A stretch of 64,000 nt of DNA from Rebecca billardiae RCC1528 (GCA_965240325.2 OZ251223.1:1426001-1490000), one strand, 5' to 3'; shown: positions 1 to 12,037, numbered from the stretch's first letter. The notes: generated by a model not told the origin, from the sequence alone. Numbers and translations are program-made.

Positions 1-2
1 GC

Positions 3-1343
3 ATGGGCGTCACGGCCGGGATTGACGAGCTCCCATACCCGCCGCCGGGCGTTCCGCCGGAGGAGCGCGTCCGCGGCGTCAGCCTCGGCGGCTGGCTCCT
101 TCTGGAGCCCTTCATCACGCCTGGGCTCTTTGACCGCGCCAACGCGCTGCTGGAGGCGAGATACAGCCGCAGCGCAGCAGAGCGGCCGCGGGGCTGCGAG
201 CGCATCATCGACCAGTGGTCGCTGCACGCATGCCTCGGACACAACGCGTCGTTGCAGCTGGTCGCGCCGCACTGGAGCTCGTTCGTCCAGCGTGACGATC
301 TGCGCACTCTGCGCGACGCCGGCATCAACGTGATCCGCGTGCCCGTGCCGTACTGGCTCGTCGACATCGACGCGGACGCCGGGGAGCCGTGGTGCGGCCT
401 ATCCGAGATGCAGCTCGCGTTCCGGCGCGTGCTTGGGTGGGCGGTGGAGCTCGGCCTCAAGGTCTTCGTCGATCTGCATGGCGCGCCAGGGAGCCAGAAC
501 GGCTTCGACAACTCGGGCCAGCACGGAGCCACGCGCTGGCAGGCGTCCGGCGAGGGCGGGCTGCCCAACGTGGCGCGGACGCTCGTCGTGTGGCGGAGGC
601 TCGCGCGGCTGCTGCGCGAGTTCGCCGCGTCCGCGGACGTGGAGGTCTCGGACGTGCTCGCGGGGCTCGAGGTGATCAACGAGGCGCCGTGCTTCGAGGA
701 CGAGATCGACCGCGACGTGCTTCGCGCCTTCCTCGTCGACGTGTACTTCCAGCTGCGCGCGGATCTCGGCTCCGAGATCGTGCCCATCTATCTGCACGAC
801 TGCTTCTTCCCGCACGACTGGTCCGACTTCATGCGCGGGCCGCGCTTCCGTAACGTCTTGCTCGACCGGCACGAGTACCAGGTCTTCGACGTGGGCCAGC
901 AGCGCTGGCCCCGCGAGGAGCACCTGCGGCTCACGTGCGAGCAGGGCTTCTCAGTCGCGCAGGACCAGGCGAGCCACGGAACGATTGTCGGCGAGTTCTC
1001 GGTCGCGGTGAACGACTGCGACCGCTACCTGAATGGGTGGGGGCAGGGCTCGCGGTTCGAGGGCACGCCGCCGTTCTCCAACGAGCGCGTCGGCTCGTGT
1101 GACCCGTACCGCAACGCGTCGCTCTTCACGCCGGAGTACAAGCGCTTCCTGCTGGAGTACGCCGAGCTGCAGATGATGTCGTGGGACCGCGGCGTCGGCT
1201 GGATCTTCTGGAACTTCAAGACGGAGGGAGGCAGCGCGCCGCACTTCGACTACCTGCTCGGGCTGAAGCACGGCTACCTCCCGCCCGTCGCGGGCGAGTA
1301 CTCCTCGTCCTGCCCCGCGAGCATGCGCCGCACCATGGTATGA
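3..1343 (+). CDS. GH5 exo-beta-1,3-glucanase (glucan 1,3-beta-glucosidase); may be 5'-partial
   Basis: RGVSLGGWLLLEPFITP, IRVPVPYW, DLHGAPGSQNGFDNSG, INEA (acid/base Glu), VGEFS (nucleophile Glu) and GWIFWNFKTE match the fungal Exg1-type GH5 pattern; ORF starts at the window edge. Confidence 0.93.
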   Translation: MGVTAGIDELPYPPPGVPPEERVRGVSLGGWLLLEPFITPGLFDRANALLEARYSRSAAERPRGCERIIDQWSLHACLGHNASLQLVAPHWSSFVQRDDLRTLRDAGINVIRVPVPYWLVDIDADAGEPWCGLSEMQLAFRRVLGWAVELGLKVFVDLHGAPGSQNGFDNSGQHGATRWQASGEGGLPNVARTLVVWRRLARLLREFAASADVEVSDVLAGLEVINEAPCFEDEIDRDVLRAFLVDVYFQLRADLGSEIVPIYLHDCFFPHDWSDFMRGPRFRNVLLDRHEYQVFDVGQQRWPREEHLRLTCEQGFSVAQDQASHGTIVGEFSVAVNDCDRYLNGWGQGSRFEGTPPFSNERVGSCDPYRNASLFTPEYKRFLLEYAELQMMSWDRGVGWIFWNFKTEGGSAPHFDYLLGLKHGYLPPVAGEYSSSCPASMRRTMV

Positions 1344-1959
1344 CAGCGACAGCCCGGGACGCCGGCTCATTGCTTACGCGCCGTTATTATTATGGCCCGC
1401 GGTGCAGGGCGGAGCGCGTAGCGTGGAGCCCCACCGGGGGCCCTCACTACGTTGTCAAAAAGATCTTTTGATCAAAGAAAAGGGGACGGGGGACGATTTT
1501 TAGGGTTGTTGGAGGGTGAGTTTTCGATTTTTTGAGGGGTACGGTACAATGCTGTCCATCCCAAGCTTAAAAGGCCGCGCCCGGGTCATTTCGCGTATGT
1601 CGTTGGACGGCCGTCACATTGTCAGTAAACGAATCTGCGCCATTGTGGTAATGCCCGGGGCCGGACTCCGCCCAGCACCAGACAACAGTGATCCACTCCG
1701 GACTGGGCGGTCCGGCGATCGCTCCCGGCGATGAGTCGATGACCAGTGGACCTCTCGACCCGCAGTCAAACGCCGGCGACGCGGCGCGGGCGCGCAAGAC
1801 AGATCAGAAATCCTGATTCCTGGACGCGCACGCGAACCGGCTCGGCATGCGGAACGCGTTGATGCGCTTGGGGACGCACGACATCGGGCCGTTCTGAAAC
1901 GACACCGGGCGAAACTCTACCGCGTGCACGCGCGGACCGGCGGACCGCAGGCCGCGGCG

Positions 1960-3370
1960 TGACGACTGCGACACTGCGCGACGCGAAGGAGCAGGTGCTG
2001 GCGCCGCAGATGGCGGTGCGGGCGTTCTGCCCGAGCTGCAACAACCCGCTGCTCTCGGGCCAGGTGCATCAGCGCATCCAGGACCGCCGCTGCCACGCGT
2101 GCTAACCAAGGTGGTGGGCAAGTTGCGTGCGCCGAAGACACTACGCGACCTTGTGCGAGCAAGGCGTGCCAAGATGATCGACACGGCGAAGCAGGTGGTG
2201 ATCGAGGCGCTGAGCCTGATCATGGTGAGGCGCATCTTCTCGACCTGCCCGACGCGCAGACCACGCAGGCGTCGCTTCCGGGCGCGTGGGACTCGCGCAC
2301 CAAGACGGTGTGGCGCGTGGACCCTGTCGCCAAGGCGGTCAACTCCGCCTGGCCGCTGGAGGTGGTCGCTCGCCGCGCCTGGCCAACCTGGTGCACGAGG
2401 GGCCAGCTGATGGCGGCGGTGGTGCCACCGATGAAGCTGATCTTCGTGCAGCGCAAGGACGCGTCGGGCCCGTTCTCCCACGTGCTCAAGATCGTCTTCC
2501 GCGTCGCGACGATGAGCGTCGCTGCTCTGTGCGCGGCGCGCGCGCGCGCGCGCGCGCGCGACGGGCACGTGGCGCGCCGACCAGCCGTACGGCGCTGACT
2601 GTTGACGCACCTCGCGCATGCGCTACCCCGGCCGCGCCGCCGCCGCCGCCGCGCAGGCATGCTCTCGTAGGAGGAGACGGCGGAGCTGCGCGCACACATG
2701 GCCGCGCGCGGCTCTCGGTCGGACGGTCGGCGATCACGGGCGCGCTGCCGGCCCGGCGCGCCGCTGAACGACGAGTAGGCCGCGCTGGAGGAGTACGTCC
2801 GCCGCCGCGCTCCGCCTGCGCGAGCAGCGCTCCGCCGCGCCCGACCCGCTGGCCGAGCAGCTGCGCAGCGACCGCGCCATCGCAGAGCAGCTGCAGCGCG
2901 AGGAGATGGCGGCACGCGCGGGCGGCGCGCCCGTGACGCTGCACTCGGCCGAGGTCGACGAGGACGCGCAGATGGCGCTGGCGCTGCTGCTCGTGTGCGA
3001 GGCGTGCGACCAGGACACACGCGCGCTGCGCAACGCTGAGCGCCGGATCCGTTTTCGGCGCCGTAAGGTACGCAAGGCGCTGGCAGCGGAGCGCACCGGG
3101 GCGGCGGCGCATGCGCGCACGCGGCGCGCTCGCGGTCGATGCGCGGCAACTCCAACCGCCTCGGCAAGCGCAAGCAGCGGGACGATGGCGGCGCCGCGGC
3201 GGCGGGTGCGATGAACAAATCGGACGAGCGCGCCAAGTCCCGACGCATCGCCAACGCCGCCAAGCTGTTCGAGGACATGGACGGCGACGAGATCGCGGCC
3301 GCGGCGCACGCGGCGGGCAAGCTGGACTGCCAACTTGCGACGCGTCTCGCAGACTGCCACTGCCACTGGG
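1960..3370 (+). pseudogene. Fragmented coding-like region with a CxxC..CxxC Zn knuckle and MIU/UIM-like acidic helices
   Basis: Gene-like peptides in shifting frames: ...RAFCPSCNN...RRCHAC*, LTKVVGKLR..., DPLAEQLRSDRAIAEQLQREE, DEDAQMALAL; stops and frameshifts with no convincing splice sites. Confidence 0.3.
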
Positions 3371-3549
3371 CCTGGCCCATTATAAATCTTCATACGACAT
3401 TGAGCAGCTACGACATTGAGCAGCCGAGCAGCCGACGGAGGGTGCACCGCGGGCCCCTAACTGCGTTGGTTCTACGGAAGGACCGCGGAACGCGGTCATA
3501 TATTGATTATGTGATCTCCGCCTCACTATGTAACTATATATATATAGAG

Positions 3550-3627
3550 TCTGTTCTGTCATCTGTAGCAGACTGCAGTCACTCAGAATCTGTTCTGTCA
3601 TCTGTAGCAGACTGCAGTCACTCAGAA
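3550..3627. repeat. Perfect 39-bp tandem duplication
   Basis: TCTGTTCTGTCATCTGTAGCAGACTGCAGTCACTCAGAA x2. Confidence 0.9.
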
Positions 3628-3921
3628 TCGATCTCCTCTCACTCTGCCGAGTCCGGCAGTCGCGCAGCAGGCTACGACTAGATACAATTTCATCGAGTCT
3701 GAGTCACCGCACGAGGCCGAGGCCCGTCGTCGTTGTGGCTAGAAATATGATGACGACGATGATGCATGATGACTACCTGCTGCTGATGATTGTATTGTTT
3801 GGGCGGATGACGATTGACGATGCCGACAGCAGGCAGCATGACTGCCGCCTTTATTCTGTCGGCTGATGATCGCGCTTGGAGCGGGGACGGGCTCGGGAGG
3901 ATCCTGGGACGGGCGGGATGC

Positions 3922-6258
3922 TCACATCGAGCCCATTGCCGGAGCCTCCACGCCGTGCCCGGATGCGCGGCCACGAAGCATCTGCTTCGCGACTCGGCGC
4001 TTCTGCCGCTTGAGGCGCGTCTTCTCGTCCACGCCGCCAATCGACTCTGGGTCTGCCGCCGAGCGCTCGCCCAGTGGCTTTGGCTTTGGCGACGCGTGCG
4101 CCGGTGGCGGGTGCGCACGCGCCGCCTGCTGCCGCTGCCTGCGCTCCGCGCGCTTGGCGCGGTGCCTCCCGGGCGCCTCCGGGTACTCGAGCCCCGAGCC
4201 CTCGAACGTGGGGTCGAGGTACGCCGTGATCAGCTCGCCCACGTGCTCGCGCATCGCCGCCGCCTGACTCACGTGTCCAAACTCGCGCGGCAGCCGCTGC
4301 GCGAGCCAGAGGTACGCGTCGAGGGTGGCGTGTGCGCTCTCGAGCTCGCGGATCTCGTTGGGTGTGCGCGGCACGGCGCTCGGCGGCTTCACGCGCAGGC
4401 GCACGGGCTGCCGCCTCTCGGCGTACGCCGCGAAGTCCATCGCGAACCAGTACAGCGCCGCCGCCTGCCGGTCGTTGCCCACGTCGATCGGCGCGAGGCA
4501 AAAGGTGAGGCGCTCGCCGACCGACTCGATCGGCACCCAGTCGAGCAGCTTGGCGACGCGCAGCATGTCGTCGACGGGGGTGACGAAGTACAGCCCGCCG
4601 TCCGTGTGCAGCGAGCGGAAGTACGCGCGCAGCAGCCGCGAGAACGTCTTCTGCCCCGAGACGCGCGAAAACTGCTCGAGCTGCTCGTCAGTCGGCATGA
4701 GCCCGCACGCGTCGACGGGCGGCAGCTCGGCGCCGAGCGCGTCGCGCACGAAGGCGAGGTCGGCGTTCGAGGAGAGGCAGCTGACCACGCCGGAGGGGAA
4801 CTCCGAGCCGAACCGCCCGGCGCGCCCGCCGATCTGCTTCACCTCCGTCGGCAGCAGCCGGCGCATCTGCACGCCGTCGAATTTCTCGACCTGTGAGAAG
4901 ACCACGCGCCCGATGTTGAGGTTGAGCCCCATGCCGATCGCGTCGGAGGCGACGAGGACGGCGCCGCCGTCGCCGTTGAAGATGGCGGCCTGCGCCTTGC
5001 GCGTCTCCGGCGGCAGCGCGCCGTACACCACGCACGTCTTGTGCGCCGTGCGCTTCTCGATCCGGCGGCGCAGCTGGTAGATCTGCGAGCGCGAAAAGGC
5101 AATCAGCGCGTCGCCCGGTCGGAGGTGGTCGACCGACTGCACGCGCTCCGTGGCGACGGCGAGTGGGGAGAGGCGGGTGTAGCGCTGGACGGCGACGTCG
5201 TCGCCGGTGCGCTCGGCGATGCGGTGCACCAGCTGCACCGCCGAGTCGTCGCCGCACAGGTGCACCTCGTCCGCGCACACGCCGAGCAGCGCGCGCGTCC
5301 ACGCCCAGCCGCGCTGCTCGTTCGCGAGCATCTGTATTTCGTCAATCACGGCCACCTCGCGCCAGGCGCTCGTCGAGGTCATCTCGACGGTGCACGCGAC
5401 GTGGCGCGCGCCGTCGTGCTCGACGCGCTCCTGCCCCGTCACTAGGTCGCACGCCACGCCCTCCTCGTTTAGCCGGTCGTGCACCTCCCAAGCGAGCAGC
5501 CGCAGCGGGCCGCAGTACACGCCCGATCGCGCGCGCTTGAGCGCCTGCATCGCCGCGTGCGTCTTGCCCGAGTTGGTCGGGCCGACGTGCATGACGATGC
5601 GCCGGCGGATCGCGCGCGCCTGCGGGTACCACTCGTGCGGCTCCGTCATGTCCACCGCGCGCTCGCGCAGCTCGTCGCGCGCGCCGCCCAGCTCGTCGGC
5701 GTAGTCGCCGAGCGGTCCGCTCAGCAGCGCATGCACGCCCGCGCTGTCACCCGCGCTCTCGAGCTCGGCGAGCTCTTGCATGAAGCCATCGGGCGCGCGC
5801 GCGCGTAGCCACGGGACAAAGCCCGCCTCCACCTCGCCCGCGAACCACTTCGCCGCCGATTCGCCCTTGGACACGCCGCCCGCACGGCGCGCGAGCTCCA
5901 AGCGCGTTTGCTTGCTCTTCTTGAGCAGCGCCCGCACGGCGCGCGTCAGCGCGGGCGCCGACGCGGGTTCGGCACTGGCCGGCGAGCGCGCGCGCGCGTC
6001 GGTGCGTGTACCGTCGCTTCGCACGCCGCTCCAGCCCTCGTCCACGTCGCACTCGTACGCGTCCGCGGAGTGCGTGTGCAACGTCGTCGTGCGCTCCGAG
6101 CCGTGCGCGAGGACGCGACCGTCACGCGCAGCCGATGAGCAGAGTGCGCGGACGGCTCGACGGGACAGCTCGCTCTGGGCAGCACCTAGACGCATGGCTG
6201 GCTTCCATGCCGCACACCTCTGGCCCCTGGCGCCCACGGTCGCCAGCCGAACAAGCAT
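3922..6258 (-). CDS. SUV3: Mitochondrial ATP-dependent RNA helicase SUV3
   Basis: MHVGPTNSGKT (Walker A), GVYCGPLRLLAWEV, IDEIQM, VASDAIGMGLNLNI, KQIGGRAGR; Arg-rich presequence from ATG 6258. Confidence 0.95.
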   Translation of the reverse strand: MLVRLATVGARGQRCAAWKPAMRLGAAQSELSRRAVRALCSSAARDGRVLAHGSERTTTLHTHSADAYECDVDEGWSGVRSDGTRTDARARSPASAEPASAPALTRAVRALLKKSKQTRLELARRAGGVSKGESAAKWFAGEVEAGFVPWLRARAPDGFMQELAELESAGDSAGVHALLSGPLGDYADELGGARDELRERAVDMTEPHEWYPQARAIRRRIVMHVGPTNSGKTHAAMQALKRARSGVYCGPLRLLAWEVHDRLNEEGVACDLVTGQERVEHDGARHVACTVEMTSTSAWREVAVIDEIQMLANEQRGWAWTRALLGVCADEVHLCGDDSAVQLVHRIAERTGDDVAVQRYTRLSPLAVATERVQSVDHLRPGDALIAFSRSQIYQLRRRIEKRTAHKTCVVYGALPPETRKAQAAIFNGDGGAVLVASDAIGMGLNLNIGRVVFSQVEKFDGVQMRRLLPTEVKQIGGRAGRFGSEFPSGVVSCLSSNADLAFVRDALGAELPPVDACGLMPTDEQLEQFSRVSGQKTFSRLLRAYFRSLHTDGGLYFVTPVDDMLRVAKLLDWVPIESVGERLTFCLAPIDVGNDRQAAALYWFAMDFAAYAERRQPVRLRVKPPSAVPRTPNEIRELESAHATLDAYLWLAQRLPREFGHVSQAAAMREHVGELITAYLDPTFEGSGLEYPEAPGRHRAKRAERRQRQQAARAHPPPAHASPKPKPLGERSAADPESIGGVDEKTRLKRQKRRVAKQMLRGRASGHGVEAPAMGSM

Positions 6259-6473
6259 GCGCTGTCGCACTCCGCGCCCGCCTCGTGAGCGCGGACGATG
6301 CAGCGACGATTCAGACTGGGTGCCTCGGTCCGGTCCGGATGGGGAAGCACTCCTGAGTCCTGACGACGGCACCCCGAAGCACTGAAACCGTTGCTGCAAC
6401 GAACTTCGCCGCTCGTGCAGCAAACGTGCAGGGCTGCCGGGGCCGGCTTGCCCATCCACACGAGGTCGCACGC

Positions 6474-7103
6474 ATGTCGAGCGCACCACAGCGCTTGCTG
6501 CCCGTCGCCGGCGCGGTGGTGGGCGCATGCCTCCTGCTCGGCTCGTCCATGCAGGTGAATGATGTCTCACGCCGTGTCTTCTCCCGCTCGTCGATGCGCT
6601 TCTCCAACTTCACTCTCGACCTGACGCCCGCGCAATTCTACGGGAAGATGATGAGCCGGTCGACTCTGCGTGACTTCTTCCCATTCGCAGGCTCGGCAAT
6701 CGATGCGCCCGCGGCGTTTGGCTCGGGGGCAATCTCGCTCCCCATCTGGCCTGCTGGCCAGTACATCCTCTACGACTTGAGTTGGGAGTACTCGGGCATC
6801 GTCTTCTCGTCCACACCGACTGTGTTCAAGTACCGCGCATGCTTCATCCACCATGGCAACGTGACAAAGGCGGAGACGAATAAGTGCCTGGTGACACTCG
6901 CGGACAAGGTGACCCTTGCGCCTGCCGACGAAGGGAAGCGCACAGTCGTCCAGCGTCAGGTCACCAACGTGCAGCCCAACATCCCTCTCGCCGGTCTGAT
7001 CATCCCGCTGCTCGGCTTGCACACCGAGCTGCACCACCACGTCGTGGTCAAGCGCGAGTGGCAGATGGCCGCGGACAGCGCCGAGGCGAAGAAAGCGAGT
7101 TGA
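6474..7103 (+). CDS. Hypothetical protein with N-terminal hydrophobic segment (possible SRPBCC/START-like fold)
   Basis: Coding-like composition; MSSAPQRLLPVAGAVVGACLLLG anchor; beta-rich middle and C-terminal helix; divergent from SUV3. Confidence 0.7.
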   Translation: MSSAPQRLLPVAGAVVGACLLLGSSMQVNDVSRRVFSRSSMRFSNFTLDLTPAQFYGKMMSRSTLRDFFPFAGSAIDAPAAFGSGAISLPIWPAGQYILYDLSWEYSGIVFSSTPTVFKYRACFIHHGNVTKAETNKCLVTLADKVTLAPADEGKRTVVQRQVTNVQPNIPLAGLIIPLLGLHTELHHHVVVKREWQMAADSAEAKKAS

Positions 7104-7794
7104 GCACGGTGACGGCATAACAAACCTTACGTGCGTCTTGCCAGTTGCCACGCGCCCGGCGCCAACTGTTTGCGGGCTCGATAGACGGCGACGCGCGCGG
7201 ACTGCGCCGCACTGAGGTACGGCGTCGGCGGTGACAGGCGACGGTGTGCCAGGACCCTCCTCTGTGACATGCCCCACTCAGCGAGCGCAGTCACAGTAAT
7301 ACTGCTCGATCTTAATTAGGGCATTTCGCCGTTGGGCGTCGGCCCGAGCCTCCGCGGTCGCGTCTGCGCGCGGCTTGGACTGCGCCCGCGGCGTCTGACG
7401 CCGGTGAGTGCCGCCAGCTGAGTCAGTTGACCACGGTGCTGACCGGGGCCGACTGGCCACGGACCGGCGCGCGGAGGGTCGCGGGCCACAGATCATTGCC
7501 TGTGGCAACTGATCCGTGATCGGCAGTGATGACTCCTGTCAGGACCGCGGCGGTCACTCTCGGGCCCCATAGTAGTTAGCCTAGTAGTAAATCGTCTGTA
7601 ATAGTATGTCAGCACGGCTCAGATCCCCATCAGTTACTACGTATCACGAATTCTGATTTATATTCCTGAATGTCAATGACACATTCAGTGACAGACTGAC
7701 ACTACGGAGTACGGTCCGATCGGCCAAGTCAGACCGGCGTATTGTCGGCCCGTCGCCGAGTGCGGCCCCGAATCGTGCTGTGTACTGTACAGTA

Positions 7795-7971
7795 CAGTTT
7801 ACTAAGAATAAGAGACGCACACAGGCAGTAATACTCAGCATCTGACTGTAGCTAGGCGCTGGTGACTACTGACTGGTGAACCGTGAGCAGGTCGCGGCAG
7901 CAACATGAGCTCAGAGCCGGAGGCCGTAATCACGCCTTAACCAAGTGTGCACGTTAAAACATAGTAAACTG
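7795..7971. mobile_element. 177-bp Tc1/mariner-type MITE
   Basis: TA|CAGTTTACTA ... TAGTAAACTG|TA: 10-bp TIRs with TA on both sides; its left end recurs at 23836-23862 and 31839-31871. Confidence 0.65.
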
Positions 7972-8281
7972 TATTACTTTTCGCTGCTTTTGCCCACGTT
8001 TAAATTCCCCTTTATAACGGGCTCCGGGTGATCAGACTGGCGGCCGAAGCCTCCAGCCCTACCCTGGCCAGCCCCCAACCAACCACCACCCTCACCCAAC
8101 CTCAAACCACTGACCGATACACCGAGTGCCTTGACACCACTCCGCTGTGGACGTGTCCGGGCCTTTGGAACCGCATGTCCGGCCGGGACGAGACTGGGCA
8201 ACACAACGGTGGCGGCTCTCGACCCGCTTCAACTGTGCTGAAGCCGCCTCGGGAGCCGGCGCCGCTGGTGGAACGACACCG

Positions 8282-9049
8282 ATGCACCCGGTGGTGGCCA
8301 TCGCTCGCGATGCTCAGGCAGAGGCCGAGCGCATGCAGCGTCTCGCCGCGCTCAGGGCGATGGAGCGCGAGTACGTCAAGGTGCGGCACATGAACCCGCG
8401 CGAAGCGAACACGTGGCTTGACAACAAGCAGCAGCAGGCAGCTCGGCGCGTGCAGGGTCACTGGCGCGGAATCCGCGTGCGCCGCACGCTCGGCGTCATC
8501 TCCTCCGCCCTCGAGGCCAAGCAGCGTGAGCGAGCAGCGCTCGCCATCCAGGCGCAAGCGCGCACGCGACTCCGGCATCGCCGGCAGGCCGGGCGGCTTC
8601 GCGAGCAGCGGGACGACACGCGCGCCGGGCTGGTCCTCGAGCTGCCGCTCATCCAGAAGCGCATCCTGGACGAGTGCGAGAGCTACCGACTCGTGGACGC
8701 GAGGACGGTCGCTGACGTCGTGTCGGACGCCGCGCGCGCGCTCTCAGATTGGGGAGAGGTGCGGCAGCGCAGCAACATCTGCGCCGTGCAGCGGCAGCGG
8801 AAGCGCGCAGAGACGGCGGAGCTGTGCGCGCGACTGCGCGCTGTGCGCACGCTCGATGACTGCGCCGCACTCGCTGACATTGAGCATCTCCGTGGTGCAA
8901 AGCGGGGGGCTGTGGCCCCTGAGCACGTGAGGCTGCACGAAAGCTTGATGCGCGCTGCGCAGCTCGAGGCAGAGGCTGCCGAAAAGGCGGCGGCGGCGGC
9001 GACTGGGGCAAGCAGCGGGGGCCACTCAAGCGCCGCCGCCGCCATCTGA
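8282..9049 (+). CDS. IQ-motif protein resembling the C-terminal half of IQCB1/NPHP5 (ciliary transition zone)
   Basis: Two IQ motifs (AARRVQGHWRGIRVRR, AALAIQAQARTRLR) followed by helical segments in the order recalled for the NPHP5 C-terminus. Confidence 0.65.
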   Translation: MHPVVAIARDAQAEAERMQRLAALRAMEREYVKVRHMNPREANTWLDNKQQQAARRVQGHWRGIRVRRTLGVISSALEAKQRERAALAIQAQARTRLRHRRQAGRLREQRDDTRAGLVLELPLIQKRILDECESYRLVDARTVADVVSDAARALSDWGEVRQRSNICAVQRQRKRAETAELCARLRAVRTLDDCAALADIEHLRGAKRGAVAPEHVRLHESLMRAAQLEAEAAEKAAAAATGASSGGHSSAAAAI

Positions 9050-11029
9050 GCGCGCTGCATCGAGTGTGGGCTTCTCCGTGGAGTGCTGTCGCGGCGGAGC
9101 CAGCTGTGGACATGCCGCTGCCCGGCTCTTGCTGGTCGGCATTGCAGAGCCAGCACTCTACCCGCTTGCCGCTTCGGCACATAACCGCTACACGACGCGA
9201 GGGCGGCTGCTGGCGTTTACCGACCTATCCCCTTACCGCAGTCTGCTTCTATACGAAGCAGATTTGGGTGGGCGGCGGCGGGGGGGCGCTGGGCGCGCAG
9301 GTAAACGGCGCGAGCAGCCCGCTCGCTGGGGGCCATCTTTGGGACCATACCCATCGACGACCCGAGCCTCGCGGCCGCCGCCCTTCCCCTTCTCCCGCGC
9401 CACGGCGTCCCGAGACGGAGTGCCAAACGAGCGTTTGAACATGCCACGCAGCAGATTTGGAATGGTGCTCAAACCGCTGCGGAGGTGATCTTCAGGCTGC
9501 GGCGTGATGCTGACGGAGCCGGACTCGGGGTATCACAGCCTGTCACGGTGTCGTCATGGATCAGGATGACTGGACGGTCGCCGTCACCGATGGTCACCCG
9601 TCCGCCGACGGTCGGTGCGGGCTGTTGTCCGAGTCGGGCTCTCGTCTCAGCACTCTCATGCAGACTCAATAGTCAGTGAGTAGTCTCACTCTCAGTCTCA
9701 GCAGAGCTTCAGTTGACAAGTCGCCCCGACTCCCGAGTCAAGACTCACAAGACACAAGAGCATGAGATCATCCGCCTCCTCGAACGGCGGGGGGCCTCTC
9801 CGACTCCGACTCCGGCTCTCGATCGCAGAGTGATACTATGCAGCAGTATGCTGGTCACACTAAGAGCATCGGTAGTCACTAGCCACTATAGCGATAGAGC
9901 TGCGCATGAGCACGAGCCACGAGGAGGCACGGTTTGACAGTTTCAAGCTAGCTAGTACCTATAACTATTACTGTAGCTAGTAGTATTACGCGTACGTGCG
10001 AGCCGGGCACTCGTAACGGGCAGTGACGGTAGCTACGGGCACGCGCGCGTCGCGCATGCGATGAGCGATCGTCGACGCCAAGAGGCAAGACACACGTAGG
10101 CGAAGAAGCGAAAATCCACCACTCCCGCCAAGCGCCTATCTGACGACTGGAAGACACTGCAGCTTGCACTCATCGGTGTACACACGGCTTGCAGCGTGCC
10201 GCGCAAGGAATTCGGAAGGAGCCCGACCCGTGCCTCATCAGCGTGTTACGCGCAGACTGGGCCGACTGGCTAGTGGCTGGTGGCGCTTTCAGCGTGATCG
10301 ACAGATCGGTCATTCTTTAACGCGCGCAGAGTATAGACAGTACAGTAACGCGCGCGGTAGCTTATAATGTACACTGTCCACTTGTAATCATCCGTCTAGG
10401 TCGGTCGCCCACGTGTTTGAAGCAGCTGCAAGAAGTGCAGCCGGGGCCCCGGGTGTTGCGGGCTAGTCAGAGCGCCCGCCAGCACGACGGCACGGCTCGG
10501 CGCCGCCGCGGGTTGCCATCATCATGCCCATCATCATGATCATGGAGGCGGTGAAGCTGGACTTAGCTGGAGGGACTAGGAATGGCGGCTGTCTTCGGAG
10601 AGTGAGTAGCTAGGGTTAGGGTAGCAGACTCGAATATTCTCTATAGTCTATAGAGGCCCAATATATAGACGACCGGATGATGCCTGCCGGACCATGCACC
10701 GTCTCGGACTAGCCGTGTTCAACTTCAACGCCCCAGGCGCGCGTGATGGGTGGGCCTGGGCGTTGAACAGCAGACGGTAGCCGCCCTTATTCCGGGAATA
10801 CTGACAGTAGACGACAGTAGACGACGTAGTCCCGCCGCCGACGGACAAGTACGTCAGAGGGCGAGATAGTCGCCGGGCTCCAGTTGCGGTGCCAGCGCCA
10901 ACGGCCAAGCGAGCGCGGTGCCGACGCCGTCACGAGATGTCAGCAGCCCGTCCCCCACGCGGCGGGTCAGGTCACGCATGACTCCCTTTTGCATCGGCGA
11001 TGGTTCACTCGATCGGGCTCTCAACTCAG

Positions 11030-12037
11030 TCAGTCGGCGCGGTAGAAGGGCGAGTCGAACCACTGCTGCATGTGCCCATACAGCGCGCGGACCTCGGCGT
11101 GCAGCTGGCGGCTGGCACCGTCGCGCTCGAAGGAGAGCGAGCCCAGGATGCGGCTCACTGTCGCGTCAAAGTGCCGCGCCGAGTCCACGGGCATCTCCGC
11201 CAGCGTCGTCCACAGCATGTCCTTGCGCCCGGCAGGCGGGAGCGCCATCACCGCGCGCAGCGTCGCGATGTCCTCGGCGTAGTCCTGCTCGAGTATGGAG
11301 TGGACGCCCTGCCGGATGAGGCGGAGCACGAGGGTCCAGCGCGAGGGGACGCCGCCGTCCTCTGCCTCGGCCGCCTGAATCGCGAGCGACAGCCAGTTGA
11401 CGAAGTCGCCGTCAAGCTCGTTGCGCTCGTGCAGCTCGCGCGCGAGCGCGTCGAGCGCCACGTTGCCGCCTCGCGCTGCCGCCGCGCACAGGGCCTGCAC
11501 CTTCGCGAGCTGGCGCGCATGCATCTCGGAGAGGGTGTTCTGCGTCGAGTTTGCGATCGAGACGACAAACTCGTTGAGCTCGAGCAGCGCGCCCGCGTCC
11601 TCGGCGCTCGGCGACGCCGCGAGCTTCTCACGGACCAGCGCGATGTAACGCGGTGAGATGAGGACACCCATCTTCTCGCGCGCGAGGAGCGGGAGCTCTT
11701 CGGCGCGGCCGGCCCGGACGGCGTCGACGAGGGCGTCGACAAATTCCGCCTCCTCCTTCGAGCGCAGACGACCGCGCGCGTCGGACTCGACCAGAGCGCT
11801 CGCCATCGTGTCGAGGAGGGAGCTCGTCTGCGGCCGCGTGTCGACCACCTCGGCCGGCAGCCGGCTCCCATCCTCCTCCGCCAGCGCGCCCGCGATGGGG
11901 CGCGCACGTGCCGTGCGCGCTGCGCGCGGCGGAGCCAAGCTCGCAGGGCCAAGCCAGCGCAACCCGGCCGGCCCTACGCGCACACTGCTGCAGGTGCAGG
12001 CGAGCAGCCAGCCGGCGACGAGGCGAGTCGACGCCAT
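11030..12037 (-). CDS. Hypothetical all-helical protein, probably plastid-targeted
   Basis: MASTRLVAGWLLACTCSS signal-like peptide + Arg/Ala/Pro-rich transit-like segment, then a globular helical region. Confidence 0.75.
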   Translation of the reverse strand: MASTRLVAGWLLACTCSSVRVGPAGLRWLGPASLAPPRAARTARARPIAGALAEEDGSRLPAEVVDTRPQTSSLLDTMASALVESDARGRLRSKEEAEFVDALVDAVRAGRAEELPLLAREKMGVLISPRYIALVREKLAASPSAEDAGALLELNEFVVSIANSTQNTLSEMHARQLAKVQALCAAAARGGNVALDALARELHERNELDGDFVNWLSLAIQAAEAEDGGVPSRWTLVLRLIRQGVHSILEQDYAEDIATLRAVMALPPAGRKDMLWTTLAEMPVDSARHFDATVSRILGSLSFERDGASRQLHAEVRALYGHMQQWFDSPFYRAD

